A DNA stretch of 64,000 nucleotides from Eledone cirrhosa (GCA_964016885.1 OZ024741.1:264988001-265052000); one strand, 5' to 3'; positions 1 to 15,435 are shown, counted from the stretch's first letter. Made by a program: numbers and translations. Notes: generated from the sequence alone by a model not told the origin.

Positions 1-420
1 CCCCGCAGCCCCTGTCATACAATATATATGCTATCCCCGCAGCACCTGTCATACAATATATATATGTTATCCCCGCAGCCCCTGTCATACAATATATATA
101 TGTTATCCACGCAGCCCCTGTCATACAATATATATGCTATCCCCGCAGCCCCTGTCATACAATATACATGTTATCCCCGCATCCCCTGTCATACAATATA
201 TATGCTATCCCCGCAGCCCCTGTCATACAATATATATATGTTATCCCCGCAACCCCTGTCATACAATATATATATGTTATCCCCGCAGCCCCTGTCATAC
301 AATATACATGTTATCCCCGCATCCCCTGTCATACAATATATATGCTATCCCCGCAGCCCCTGTCATACAATATATATGTTATCCCCGCAGCCCCTGTCAT
401 ACAATATATATATGTTATCC
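1..420. repeat. Minisatellite, 34-38 bp unit (CCCCGCAGCCCCTGTCATACAATATATATGYTAT), about 12 copies, runs off the window start
   Basis: Direct tandem copies starting at 1, 35, 71 and so on; unit length varies with the internal (TA)n. Confidence 0.95.
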
Positions 421-663
421 ATATCACAGGATCATATATTAGAGAGCAGGCACATAGCGATTGAATCTACATTATCAATATTCATACATCGATCCTGATG
501 GGACGAAGTACAAATCAGCCTGGGCTACATTTGAATGTATATAGATTAATTCATCGCCATCTTCTCCAGTATCATCACTACCTCTATATCGCTAGTGTTA
601 CACTTGCTACTTTTATGGTAGAAACCATTTTAAAATCTTCTTAATCTATCTGGGTAAATGTCT

Positions 664-665
<2 letters not shown>

Positions 666-758
<93 letters not shown>

Positions 759-916
759 TATGTGTGTAGGTATGTGTAGGTGTGCGTGTGTGTGAGAGGG
801 AGAGAGAGAGAGAGACATAGTGAGTTTTTGTGTGTGTGTGTACAGATGTGTGTGTGTAAGAGAGAGAGAGAGAGAGACATAGTGAGTTTTTGTGTGTGTG
901 TGTACAGATGTGTGTG

Positions 917-965
<49 letters not shown>

Positions 966-1062
966 GTGAATGCTTGTGTGTGTATACTGATGTGTGTGTG
1001 TAAGAGAGAGAGACATAGTGAGTGTTTGTGTGTGTGTGTGTGTGTGTGTACAGATGTGTGTG

Positions 1063-1113
<51 letters not shown>

Positions 1114-2260
1114 GTGAATGCTTGTGTGTGTATACTGATGTGTGTGTGTAAGAGAGAGAGACATAGTGAGTGTTTGTGTGTGTGTGTGTGTACAGATGTG
1201 TGTGTGTGTGTACAGATGTGTGTGTGTAAGGGAGAGAGAGAGACATAGTGAATGTTTGTGTGTATGTGTGTACAGATGTGTGTGTGTGTGTGTGTGAGAC
1301 ATAGTGAGTTTTTGTGTGTGTGTAGGTGTGTGTGTGTGTGTGTGAGAGACATAGTGAGTGTTTGTGTGTGTAGGTGCGTGTGTGAGTGTGTGTGAGAGAG
1401 ACATAGTGAGTGTTTGTGTGTGTGTAGGTGTGTGTGTGTGAGAGAGAGATATAGTGAGTGTTTGTGTGTGTGTAGGTGTGTGTGAGTGTGTGTGAGAGAC
1501 ATAGTGAGTGTTTGTGTGAGTGTGTGTGAGAGACATAGTGAGTGTTTGTGTGTGTGTGTAGGTGTGTGTGTGAGAGAGAGACATAGTGAGTGTTTGTGTG
1601 TGTGTAGGTGTGTGTGAGTGTGTGTGAGAGACATGGTGAGTGTTTGTGTGTGTGTGTAGGTGTGTGTGTGTGAGAGAGACATAGTGAGTGTTTGTGTGTG
1701 TGTGAGAGAGAGACAGACATAGTGAGTGTTTGTGTGTGTGTAGGTGTGTGTGTGTGAGAGGGAGACAGACATAGTGAGTGTTTGCTTGTGTGTGTAGGTG
1801 TGTGTGTGTGAGAGAGAGACATAGTGAGTGTGTGTGTGTAGGTGTGTGTGTGTGTGAGAGAGAGACATAGTGAGTGTTTGTGTGTGTGTAGGTGCGTGTG
1901 TGAGTGTGTGAGAGAGACATGGTGAGTGTTTGTGTGTGTGTAGGTGTGTGTGTGAGTGTGTGTGAGAGACATAGTGAGTGTTTGTGCGTGTGTAGGTGTG
2001 TGTGTGTGAGAGAGAGAGAGAGAGACATAGTGAGTGTTTGTGTGTGTGTGTGTGTGTATAAGAGAGAGAAAAACATTATAAGTGTGTTTGTGTGTGTAGA
2101 TGTGTGTGGGTAGATATGTGTGTGTAGATGTGTGTGGGTAGATATGTGTGTGTAGATGTGTGTGGGTAGATATGTGTGGGTAGATGTGTGTGGGTAGATA
2201 TGTGTGTGTAGATGTGTGTGGGTAGATATGTGTGGGTAGATGTGTGTCTATGTAGATGTG
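666..2260. repeat. (GT)n microsatellite followed by a compound GT/GA minisatellite anchored on GACATAGTGAGT, then GTAGAT/GT repeats
   Basis: Visible directly; explains the 400-600 aa His/Thr-rich ORFs. Confidence 0.95.
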
Positions 2261-2752
2261 AGAGAGAGAGAAAACATTGCGCGTGTTTGTGAGTGTTGGT
2301 GGGTGTGAGAGAGAAACACAGTGTGTGATTGTGTTTGTGTGTGTGTGAGTATGTATATGTGTGTGTATATATATGTGTGTATATATGTGTGTATATATGT
2401 GTGTGCATATGTATAATGTCTGTAGATGCAATATCGTATCCTGGGATTTGATAATTAGATGAAACAGCCGCATTTGATCATACACACATACACATACACA
2501 TGCACACACACACATACACATGCACACACCCACGCACACACACACACAAACACATACACACACGCAAACACACGCACAGACACACGCAAACATACACATA
2601 AACACGTACACACTCACACACACGCACGCACACACACCCACACTCACACACACGCATGCACACACTTACACACACGCACAGATACACACACACACACACA
2701 CACACACATAATACATTTATATATATATAAACATATATATATGTGTGTATGT

Positions 2753-2880
2753 ATGATTTCTAATGAATGAAACAGTTCTAGTCCTGTAGAATCTCATCTA
2801 TATTAAAACTGTTATACTCTGCTATGTATTGAGTACCTTACTTACTGTGGTTACCTCCGATTCAACCCGGAATAACGTAC
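2753..2880 (+). mobile_element. PLE-type 3' terminal remnant, truncated inside its hammerhead core; same family as 34841-34975
   Basis: ATGATTTCTAATGAATGAAACAGTTCTAGTC...TATGTATTGAGTACCTTACTT matches the 34.85 kb copy; flanked by microsatellites. Confidence 0.6.
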
Positions 2881-2934
2881 ATATATATATATATATATAT
2901 ATATAGATATATATATATATATAGATATATATAT

Positions 2935-4580
<1,646 letters not shown>

Positions 4581-4713
4581 ACACACATACTCGTCTATTG
4601 ATTTATTTTTTCTATCTTTTCTTCTGTCTTCCGATGAACGACTAACGTACGAAACGTTGACACTTCTCTATTGTATTGTTCACCTGTGTTGTTGTTTATT
4701 CTCGATGACCTTT

Positions 4714-4771
<58 letters not shown>

Positions 4772-4871
4772 AAAAAAGTGTGTCAGATACTTCGCCGTAT
4801 GCCACGTTAAAACATATAAAATGTATGTATGTTTGCATACACACAAACACGAACATATGGACACACACATG

Positions 4872-4903
<32 letters not shown>

Positions 4904-4956
4904 CATGTATATGTATATATATATATATACTAGCATATATGCGTATGTATGTATAT

Positions 4957-5068
<112 letters not shown>

Positions 5069-5252
5069 GCCCGTACACCTACATGCATATACATGTTCCA
5101 AATAAATGCATACACATTTTTATTAGAATATTGTTGAAGTGAGTATATATTTTGGGCGGTACACCCTGTATATATACACACGTTCTCCTTCCCCCTTTTT
5201 TCTAAATGTATTTCCACACACCCTCTGAACTCTCTTCCTCACCTATTTACTC

Positions 5253-5280
5253 CTGAAGAAGGGCTTATGCCCGAAACGTC
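5253..5280 (+). ncRNA. Minimal hammerhead core of the PLE type; stem I not recoverable
   Basis: CTGAAGA-A-GGGC-TTAT-GCCC-GAAACGTC, followed by AATAAA at about 5317 and (TA)n. Confidence 0.6.
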
Positions 5281-5368
5281 GTTTCCCCCCACCCCCACTC
5301 TCAAAAGCGTGAACCTAATAAACCTTTATTTGTCTACCTCTCTGTTTTGTTCCCGTATAAATTTGCAC

Positions 5369-5428
<60 letters not shown>

Positions 5429-5438
<10 letters not shown>

Positions 5439-5632
5439 GAATAGCTTTCACCGTATTCTTGACTAAAGAAATGTTAGCCTGATAATGGGGTTTAGAACCC
5501 TTAGATAAATGAAAAAAGATGAGTATGTACGTCAATACTCATCTTTTCCCATTTATCTGAGGGTTCTAAACCCCATTATCAGGCTAACATATCTTTAGTC
5601 AAAAATACCGTGAAAGCTATTCTATTTTCTAA
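5429..5632. repeat. Inverted repeat, about 98-bp arms with an 8-nt loop, between (TA)n and (CA)n
   Basis: TTAGAAAATAGAATAGCTTTCAC...GTGAAAGCTATTCTATTTTCTAA; centre GAGTAT-gtacgtca-ATACTC; a few mismatches. Confidence 0.9.
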
Positions 5633-5678
5633 TTTCAAACCTGCTCACTGTTTAAAAACATACTTACACACACACACA

Positions 5679-5788
<110 letters not shown>

Positions 5789-6423
5789 CACATATATATT
5801 TAATGTTCCGGATATATATACTGCATATATATATATACTCTATCATTGTCAATATTTATTATCATATCGCCATTATCATATCCATGAATCAATCCTCCCG
5901 AGATTAAACAGAATGTATTACTACTTGTGTACTTGTGTGTTGTATATTATTACTTTTTACTTTACTTTGTATTTCACTCTATAAAGGATGACTAAATGGA
6001 AGACAGCAGACGACAGCTGACTTCGGTCATTTCCATGGCAACTTATGCTCATTTGCCTGTAAAATGCACTTGTCAGTTTGCTGGAACTGAGCGGCCATCT
6101 TGTGCCATATTTACGTATCTGGTCTATCTGCAAATGTCACTCACTATATGGATGATTATTTCGGATTGTGTGTGTGGGGGAGGGGGGGGGTCTGTGTATG
6201 TATGTGTGTGTGATTGTGTGAGTGTATGTGTGTGTATGTGTGAGTGTATGTGTGTGAGAGAGAAAGAGAGAGTGTATGTGTGTTTGTGTGTGTTTGTATG
6301 TGTTTGTGTGGTTGTGTGTTTGTGAGTGTTTATGTGAGTGTGTTTGTGTGTGTGTGTGTGTGAGAGAAAGAGAGAGAGAGAAAGAGAGAGTATGTTTGTT
6401 TATGTGTGTTCGCATGTGTTTGC

Positions 6424-6478
<55 letters not shown>

Positions 6479-6541
6479 TTTTTTGCGTGTGTATTTGTAT
6501 GTGTTTATGTGTTTGTGATTGTTTGTGTGAGTTTGTTTGTA

Positions 6542-6586
<45 letters not shown>

Positions 6587-7082
6587 TTGTGTTTGTGTGT
6601 GTGAGAGTGTGTCTGTGTGTCTGTATGTGTGCGTGTATGTATGTGTATGTGTTTGTAACTGTGAGTGTTTAATTATATTTACGAGTATGTTTTGGAGTAT
6701 TTGTGTGTTTATGTCTGTGTGTGTTTGCGAGTGTATTTGCGTTTGTGTGTGTGTGTCTTTGTGTGTCTTTGTGTGTGGGAGTTTGTGTGTGTGTGTCTTT
6801 GTGTGTCTTTGTGTGTGGGAGTTTGTGTGTATTTGTGAATGTTTGTATGTATGTGAGAGAGTCCACAGATGTTTGTGTAACGTGTGTGTGCCTGCGTATG
6901 TTTATATATAAGTATGTATGTATACATATTTCCTTGTAGGCATGTGTGCGTTCGCGTGTGCGTTTGTATTCAGAAAATGTGTATGTAAATGAAAATGTCA
7001 CACAAACACACATCACACATATGCACACGCACTCACAAACACATACACATCACCCGTATGCACACACACAAACACACATACA

Positions 7083-7149
<67 letters not shown>

Positions 7150-7345
7150 TCACTCATATCCTCTTTCAACGGGTCCATCTCTCTTTCTAAGACGAAGGAA
7201 CAGCCGCGAAACGTTAGATTCTTCTTCTTCCCATATTATAGAAACTTATTCAAACTCATGGTTTCTAATTTAGATATAAGGCCAGCAGTATAAAATGTAA
7301 AGTCGACTAGGCTGGATTATTTAAACTCAGAACTCTGAGAGACAG

Positions 7346-7598
7346 AAGGAATTCTACCAAGGAACTCTACCAAGGAATTCTACCAAAAAATTCTAAAGAA
7401 TTTTACTAAGGAATTCTACCAAGAAATTCTACCAAGGAATTCTACTAAGGAATTCTACCAAGGAATTCTACTAAGGAATTCTACTAAGAAGTTCTACCAA
7501 GGAATTCTACCAAGAAATTCTACCAAGGGATTCTACCAAGGAATTCTACTAAGGAATTCTACTAAAGAATTCTACCAAGGAATTCTACTAAGAATTCT
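7346..7598. repeat. 13-bp minisatellite (AAGGAATTCTACC/T) inside a decayed SINE
   Basis: About 19 tandem units flanked by SINE-like AACTCAGAAC and ACTCTAACGATTCT. Confidence 0.85.
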
Positions 7599-7649
7599 AT
7601 ATGACACTCTAACGATTCTATCAATTCACAAACCCGATAAAATTAAATA

Positions 7650-7836
7650 ATTGTTTCTACTTTAGGCACAAGGCCAGCAATTACACAGTACATTACTGGT
7701 ACTTTATTTTATCGACTCCGTAAGGATGAAAGGCAAAGTCAACCTCGGCGGGATTTGAACTCAGATCGTAAAGGGACATAACTATGCTGGAAAGCATGGC
7801 GTCCAACCCGCTACCGATACTGCCAATCCACCGCCA
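7650..7836 (-). mobile_element. tRNA-derived SINE, family A
   Basis: Reverse strand has A box TGGCAGTATCGG, B box GAGTTCAAATCC and the central GCCTTTCATCCTTACGGRGTCGATAAAATAAAGTACCAGT. Confidence 0.9.
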
Positions 7837-8384
7837 AATTAAATAATGCAAAACCTTTACGTCAATGATTTTCCTTATCTTCAGGCTAACCTTATTCACA
7901 AAAGATATTAATAGTGATTTAAAGAAACTTTTTGTAGTGGAAAATGAAAATTAATCGAAATGTCTTTAAATGGATGAAAGAAAAAAAATCGATATCAGCG
8001 TGATTGGAAATTTGGTGGAATGAAATTGAATCCTGCACAACATTTAGTTGGTCACCCTACTTTTTTCTGAGAAATTACCGTTTAAAACAACAACATCATT
8101 TCGTATAAACAAAAAACTTCTACACAGTCGTTCTACAATCTAGAAACAGCAGCTAGAAAATTCCATCACCCCTGTGATAAATTATGAAAGATACACTGGA
8201 CAATGTAATATTTGATATATAAAAATACGTGGTCGTCCCAGTTATAATATATTTTTATCTTTTATCTATTCAATGAAGGTTTATCTAGAATTAAAATAGA
8301 ACAAAGACAAGAAATTGTAACTTTGAAGTACAAGAAAAGGTCAAAAGGGTCTATCTGTCAATAACGCAAGAAAATTGGTGAAAC

Positions 8385-8711
8385 TAGAGGCGTAACTAGG
8401 GAAAACAGCGCTTATGGCAAGCAGTTAAAATGCGCCCCTGCTATGAGGTATACCTACGTGGTCATGTAGTTCCCAGCACAGTATTTTTACCTATAGATAT
8501 AATAATTTATATAAATGGTTTAATGAGCCACCATAGTGTTCTCACCCATGATAATCAAAGAGAGATCATACATCTGAAGGAGTTTCTTTTTCCACTTTCC
8601 GACGATAACTTATCTGACTTTAATAGAAAATTCTCCTTTTCCAGGTGGCGCTCTCCTTTAAGTGGCACCCATGGCACGTGACATGTTTGCCTTACCCGAG
8701 TTACGCCTCTG
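8385..8711. mobile_element. Non-autonomous DNA transposon (MITE), probably hAT
   Basis: TIRs TAGAGGCGTAACTAGGG / CCCGAGTTACGCCTCTG; degenerate 8-bp TSD GGTGAAAC (8377-8384) / GGTGAGAT (8712-8719). Confidence 0.75.
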
Positions 8712-8734
8712 GGTGAGATAAATGTCTAACACAT

Positions 8735-9460
8735 TAATGTCAAAGTCAACATTACACTGACCACCTCATAGTTAAGGTCAACAACATTACATTGACCATC
8801 ACTTAGTAATGTTAAGGTCAACAACATTACATTGACCATCACATAGTCATGTTAAGGTCAACAACATTACATTGACCATCACATAGTAATGTTAAGGTCA
8901 AGAACATTACATTGACCACCACATAGTAAAGTGAAGGTCAACAACTCACTGACCACCACATAATAATGTTAAGGTCAACAACCCACTGACCATCAAATAG
9001 TATTGTAAAGGTCAATATTACATTGATCACCACATAGTAATATTAAGGTCAACAACCCACTGACCACCAAATAGTATTGTAAAGGTCAATATTACACTGA
9101 TCACCACATAGTAATATTAAGGTCAACAACCCACTGACCACCAAATAGTATTGTAAAGGTCAATATTACACTGATCACCACATAGTAATATTAAGGTCAA
9201 CAACCCACTGACCACCAAATAGTATTGTAAAGGTCAATATTACACTGATCACCACATAGTAATATTAAGGTCAACAACCCACTGACCACCAAATAGTATT
9301 GTAAAGGTCAATATTACACTGATCACCACATAGTAATATTAAGGTCAACAACCCACTGACCACCAAATAGTATTGTTAAGGTCAATATTACACTGATCAC
9401 CACATAGTAATATTAAGGTCAACAACCCATTGACCACCAAATAGTATTGTTAAGGTCAAT
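8735..9460. repeat. About 37-bp minisatellite that becomes a 74-bp dimer; each unit has GGTCA...TGAYC
   Basis: AAGGTCAACAACCCAC recurs at 9045, 9119 and onward (period 74). Confidence 0.9.
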
Positions 9461-11497
9461 AAATTTGATATCATATATTCGTGTATGGCCAAATATTGTC
9501 TAGAGAGTTCTAAAGATGATTCATGTGAGACGGACAACAAGTCACTCTACACCAGAATATACAGTGGGGCAGTGTGGGAGATACGTATGGTATATTGGTA
9601 TGTGCTATATATATATATATATGTGTGTGTGTGTGCGTGTGTGTGTGTGTGCGCGCGCCCGTGTGTGTGTGTGTGTATGTATATATTCAACAAACTAGGC
9701 CTATCACTTTCGAACTTAACTCTAAAAAAGCAAACTTCTTAGATGTAACACTCAACCTAAACACAGGATTAATAGAGCCCTTCCATAAAAATAACGAGAA
9801 TCTAGCCTACATTAACCAACTACTCAAACCACCACCGATCCATAATTAACTCCATAGCACATAGTATATCCCTCAGAATATCCCGCCTATCTTCTAACCT
9901 AGAGATTTTTAACGAACACGCAAACTATTATATCATGGCTTTACACAAGGCAGGACATAAAGAGGGGTTCTAATACATACTAGATAGAGACAGCAGCAAC
10001 AAACCTAACGACAGCTACACTAAGCACACCTATAGAAATAACACTATCCACACCTATAGAAATAACAAACATAGGACTAAACATAGAATTAGACAACGAG
10101 CACCAGAAATAACTGAACCGAACACTAATATAGGGACCCCTAGGAACCATAGAAAATCCAGAGATAAGAAATACTTATGGTTCAATCCAATATTCAACTC
10201 CTTTATAAAAACCAAACTACCTTCTACATTCTTTAAGCTAATTGACAAACACTTCCCTAAACTACACAAATACCATAGAATCTTTAACAGCAAAACTATC
10301 AAACTATCCTACTCTACTGCAGCCAACATAGAATCACATACATAAAATCAACTACAAAAGAATCTCTACAGAAAATAACCTACCAACATACACCATAGCA
10401 CCAAATACAAAACGCAAACACATAACAACATCGCAACCACACACACACCAGGGCGCATCACAACAAAACATTAATAGGCCTAAACCTAAACCCACCCATA
10501 ACAACATGCAAAACCGCAACGGAGAACCTGCACACAGGAAGGCCTCCAACTGTAACTGCCACCTACCGGATAGATGCCTGGATTCAAGTATGGTGTATCT
10601 GTGTACTATAAATTCAGGCAATTTAGCATTAGCATGGCACTACATAGGTTCCACAGCTGGGGAGTTAAAAAAAAGATGGTATGTTCACAGACACTCCATG
10701 AAGAACCGTAGACTGGAGAACTCTACAACGCTCGCCAATAAAATCTGGCAGCTTAAAAAGACAAACCAGGATATAGGATTAGCTGGTCAAAATTATCGGG
10801 AGCAGGAGCCTACGGACTTTGCAATATGGAGCTATTCCATATTTTAAAGTACAATAAGATGTTGCTTAACATCAAAATAGAAAGATCAATTTTCTGTAGG
10901 CACAAAATAGCTACCAAGTTCGCAAATTTCAAACCACCATGATTCGACCCAGCAATCCCAAAATTCGAACTGAACCACCCGGATTTTAACGTACGGAATA
11001 CATACCACCACACTGTTATTAGCTGTCAACTAACTGACTGGTCACTAGATCATAAATTTCATAACCTTTCTTTCACCCTCTCTCCCTGAAGCCACATCAA
11101 CCCCATTAAGATAAGACAAATATTTACAGGCAAAATATTTACCACACACACACACACATATATAACCCCCCCCCCCCCCTTCCCCATCCATCCTTAGCCC
11201 TTATGTCTCATCCTCGTATCTCACTTAATTTTTAATTTATTGTTTTTTTTCTTTTATCTGTCATTTGTTACTACCTCTTATTCTCTACACGTATGTATCT
11301 AATATTGCTTTACATGTTAGTACTACCTCCACCCCTACACCCTTATACAGACACTTACTCACCACCACTATTATCAACTAACGTATTATGTACTTATATA
11401 CTTTTACTCATTTTTTATTTCTTTATATCTTTTTACTTTTTACATCTGTAACTTCTTTACCTATTTACCATTATATTTTATTATTGATGTTATTGTT

Positions 11498-11685
11498 AGG
11501 GCGGTGGACTGGCAGTATCGGCAGATAGTCGGACACCATGCTTTGAAGCATAGAGTTACGTCCCTTTATCATCTGAGTTCAAATCCCGCCGAGGTTAACT
11601 TTGCCTTTCATCCATACGGGGTCGATAAAATAAAGTACCAGTAATGTACTGGGTAATTGCTGGCCTTGTGCCTAAAATAGAAACA
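11498..11685 (+). mobile_element. tRNA-derived SINE, family A, inserted in the PLE 3' UTR
   Basis: A and B boxes; 18-bp TSD ATTATTGATGTTATTGTT at 11480-11497 and 11686-11703. Confidence 0.92.
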
Positions 11686-11754
11686 ATTATTGATGTTATT
11701 GTTTTGATTCTACGCTGTATCTCTATATATACCATTGCCATATGTGAGTTTTCT

Positions 11755-11867
11755 AGTATTCTGAGGATTTGATCAGAGGCAAACACTGTATTTGAGGTGG
11801 AGTGACGCAACTTCGAGTGATTAGCGGCCTTTAGTCTCACCTGATCAATGAAACAATTGTTAATACT
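11755..11867 (+). ncRNA. Type I hammerhead ribozyme with an about 80-nt stem II
   Basis: AGTATT-CTGAGGA-T-TTGATCAG...CTGATCAA-T-GAAA-CAATTG-TT^AATACT; stem I AGTATT/AATACT; palindromic stem III ACAATTGT. Confidence 0.8.
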
Positions 11868-12034
11868 TGAAATAAAGCCCCTTGTTGTACAGCCGATCAT
11901 GTTATTCTTCACTATTTCACTATATATATAAATATATATATATATATATGTCTGTGTGTGTGTGTGTGTGTATGTATATACACATACACACTCACATATA
12001 TGTATACACACACATGTATATATACATATATATA

Positions 12035-12100
<66 letters not shown>

Positions 12101-12103
<3 letters not shown>

Positions 12104-12712
12104 GGTGGCTGCCAACTCGTTTTCGAGTACGGCCACTACTTTATATCCATGTAGGAGAACCCCTACTGATGCGCTGAACGAGTGTGACTTTTTAGTCCAG
12201 CCAGCGACTTGAAAGCTCTGGTACAAACACTACACTTGTGACAATTATTGACACATAGTGCTGGGCCCATGGTACCATGTGACGACAAATGCAGAGAGAT
12301 CTCCAGATATAAAGCAATGCCTGTGCCGTGAAGCTTTTATAGTGAGCAAAGGCACTGCACAAAGCCAGTCCCACTCTCTTAACCAAGATGATATTTACCA
12401 AAAAGAAGAACAAGTCAACATCATTGGATACCATCAGGGTTGCAGGTGTTATATCAGAGTTTTCCTTCTCCTAGAATTCTGCCTTGACAAAGGCTAAGGG
12501 GTCATCTCTCCCGGTGATTTTGGATGGCCATTGACTCTTAAGAGCTCCTTTGCCTTTTGACAGGTTTTGTTTTTAGTCCTGCAGGATGTCCAAAGTCACC
12601 CTCCTCACCAAGAAACCTTGGTGGGGTTGCCAGTTTAGTCGCCAACGACCCGACCATGGGACAGGTTGTACTGGAATACATGTTACCAGTAGCACCAACT
12701 GGTGACCTGACA
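12101..12712 (-). mobile_element. Short RTE-derived element: 5'-like region joined to the ORF 3' end (C2H2 motif), copy 1
   Basis: Minus strand encodes CSVCTRAFKSLAGLKSHTRSAHQ*; nearly identical to 17258-17755; microsatellite flanks. Confidence 0.65.
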
Positions 12713-12725
12713 TAAATATATATAT

Positions 12726-12811
<86 letters not shown>

Positions 12812-13009
12812 ACTGTTGAACTGCCAACACCAGATATAGAGTTCTCAATAGATCATGTGAAGAAAAACAAAACCAAAGCTACTAGATCAAGAAATTTAAA
12901 AAAAGACAACCCTATAAAGTTATTTTTACAATTGACTTGTGTGATAAAACAGAACTGTTCATGTAATTGTTGGAAACTTTCTCCAAGGAGACATAAAACA
13001 CCTATATAA

Positions 13010-14665
13010 TCGTTACTTTTGGCACAAGGCCAGTAATTACCTCCAGTGCATTACTGGTACTTTATTTTTTCGACCCCGTGAGGATGAAAGGTAAAGCTAA
13101 CCTCGGCGAGATTTGAACTCAGAACGCAAATGGCCATAACTCTATGCTGCAACGCATGGTATCTGACACTCTAACGATGCTGCCAATCCACCACACTATT
13201 TAATATCTAACCAAAAGGTTTCAAGACATGCTCGAAAATTGTTTGGACATGAATAAAGCTGTTGGGTGAGTGGTACATATTCCATTGTTAATCCAACTCT
13301 TATTAATTTTAGTTTCCCTAGTTTCCCCATTGATTATGCAGTCTGTGCTATGAATCATACTTATATTTGTTGGATTAACAGGTTTTATGACTTTCCAGAT
13401 AATCAGAAACTGATCCAGAGTTTGCGTGATGGGGCGTTGCTAGTATTTTATTGGTTGAATCTTCCTTTTAACATGGTAGTCGGTTTAACAGTTGAGTATA
13501 TGATATTGTTTCTATATTTGACACAAGGCCAGCAATTTGAAGGGAAGGGGAGAGTCAATTAAATCTACCCCAGTGTGTTACTGGTACTTTATATGATGGT
13601 TGTGTGTTGTGTTTACATCGTGTGTGAGTTTATAGAAGAACTAAAATTCAATAGCAGAGATAGTACAAATAAGGGAAGACTCAGGTCGGGAGGAATAACA
13701 TCTATCGTTATCTTATCAAGTGCATCGACCCCGTAAGGACGTAAGGCAAAGTTAACCTCGGCGGGATTTGAACTCAAACTGTAAAGGGCCGTAACTATAT
13801 GCTCCAAAGTATGTTGTCCGATGTTCTACCGATACTGCTAATCCACCGCCCTAATAATAATAATAATAATTGTTTCTACTTTTGGCACAAGGCCAGCAAT
13901 TACCCAGTACATTACTGGTACTTTATTTTATCGACCCCGTGAGGATGAAAGACAAAGTTAACCTCGGCGGGATTTGAACTCAGACCGTAAAACATGTCCG
14001 ACTCTCTACCGATACTGTTAAATAAAATGGCAACAATTTGGGGGGAGGAGAAGTTGATTGAATTTACCCCCAGTGTGTTACTGGTACTTTATTTTATGGA
14101 CCCCGTAAGGATGAATAGCAAAGCTAACCTCGGCGGGATTTACACACGGAACATAAAAAGACGTAACTCTATGCCGCAAAGCATGGCGTCCGTCTCTACC
14201 GATTCCGTTAACCCACCGCCCTAATAATGATTTCTATAGGCACAAGGCCAGTAATTTGGGAGGGGGGGAGTCGATTAAATCGGCCCCAGTACGTTACTGG
14301 TACTTTATTTTTCGACCCCATAAGGATGGAAGGCAAAGTTAACCTCGGCGGGATTTGAACTCAGATCATAAAGGGACGTAACTCTATGCTACAAACTATG
14401 GCGTCCGACCCTCTACCGATACTGCCAATCCACCGCCCTAATAATGATAATGGTTTCTGATTTAAGCACAAGGTCAACAATTTGGAGGAAGGGGAAAGTT
14501 GATTATATCGACCCCAGTATATTACTGGTACTTTATTGTATCGACCTGTAAGGATGAAAGACAAAGCTAACCTCGGCGGGATTTGAACTCAGAACGTAAT
14601 GGGATTAACTCTATGCCACAAATCATGTTGTTCGACGCTCTACCGATTCTGAAATCTACCGCCCT
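13010..14665 (-). mobile_element. Cluster of about 6 family-A SINE copies, mostly head-to-tail (about 13010-13195, 13520-13852 split, 13870-14015, 14030-14222, 14230-14440, 14450-14665)
   Basis: Repeated CGACCCCGTAAGGATGAAAGGCAAAGTTAACCTCGGCGGGATTTGAACTCAG. Confidence 0.9.
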
Positions 14666-14744
14666 CTGAGTATATAAATAATATTGATAACAACGTTAAT
14701 AATACATTTGATCTCTCTCCCCCTCTCTCTCTCTCTCTCTCCCT

Positions 14745-14820
<76 letters not shown>

Positions 14821-15397
14821 CTAGCAGAATGGCCCGGCGTTGCTCGGGATTCTAAACATAGATTGACATGTTTATCCCTCCTTTCTGAAACACTTTCGTC
14901 GTATGTTCACTAATTGATGCAGAAGTCCTAATAAAAAGTGAAGTCGCATTGGGGGAATAGGCAAATAATTTTCCATTAAGATTTTTCAAAAGCATGTAAT
15001 TGCGTTCCCTCTCTTTTTTGTTGTTGTTTTTGCTGCTGTTGGTGTGATAGCAGCCGTTGGTCGTACTACTAACACAGTCTCGCCCTTCTTCAGTAAATCG
15101 TGTATATCCCCTTCTGACTTGTCAGCAATGAGAACAATATTTGCTCTAGGGTTCTTATATATTTGATATATATTTATCCTTATCGAGCCTCGTGAAATAA
15201 ATACGTTTGTTTATATTTTGTTATTGTGTATGCAAAAATATCTGTACACGAATATATAATTATATATATATATATTAAAATAACAGATTAAAGTTTAAGC
15301 AAAGAATCGCTGCTTTCACCCTTAACGGGATCTTCTGAAACTATAAAAAAATCAATCTGTGAACGCAAAAGTAAATATTTCGAAAATCGTTACACAC

Positions 15398-15435
<38 letters not shown>

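Larger units (their letters stand above)
9686..11920 (+). mobile_element. 5'-truncated, frameshifted Penelope-like retroelement (Neptune-like): RT C-terminus, linker, GIY-YIG endonuclease, 3' UTR with hammerhead
   Basis: Translations ..ITFELNSKKANFLDVTLNLNTG..., YLWFNPIFNS..LIDKHFPK..RIFNSKTIKLSYS and CNCHLPDRC..MVYLCTI..HYIGSTAGELKKRWYVHRHS; AATAAA at 11871 then (TA)n. Clade assignment is recalled from family motifs, not computed. Confidence 0.85.

Noticed and set aside
490-515. CTGATGGGACGAAG as a hammerhead; likewise CTGATGACGTCGAAG at about 4391
   Set aside because: Core incomplete (no GAAA) and no convincing stems.
630-2770. Long His/Thr or Cys/Val ORFs (up to 635 aa)
   Set aside because: Translations of GT/GA repeats, open in several frames at once.
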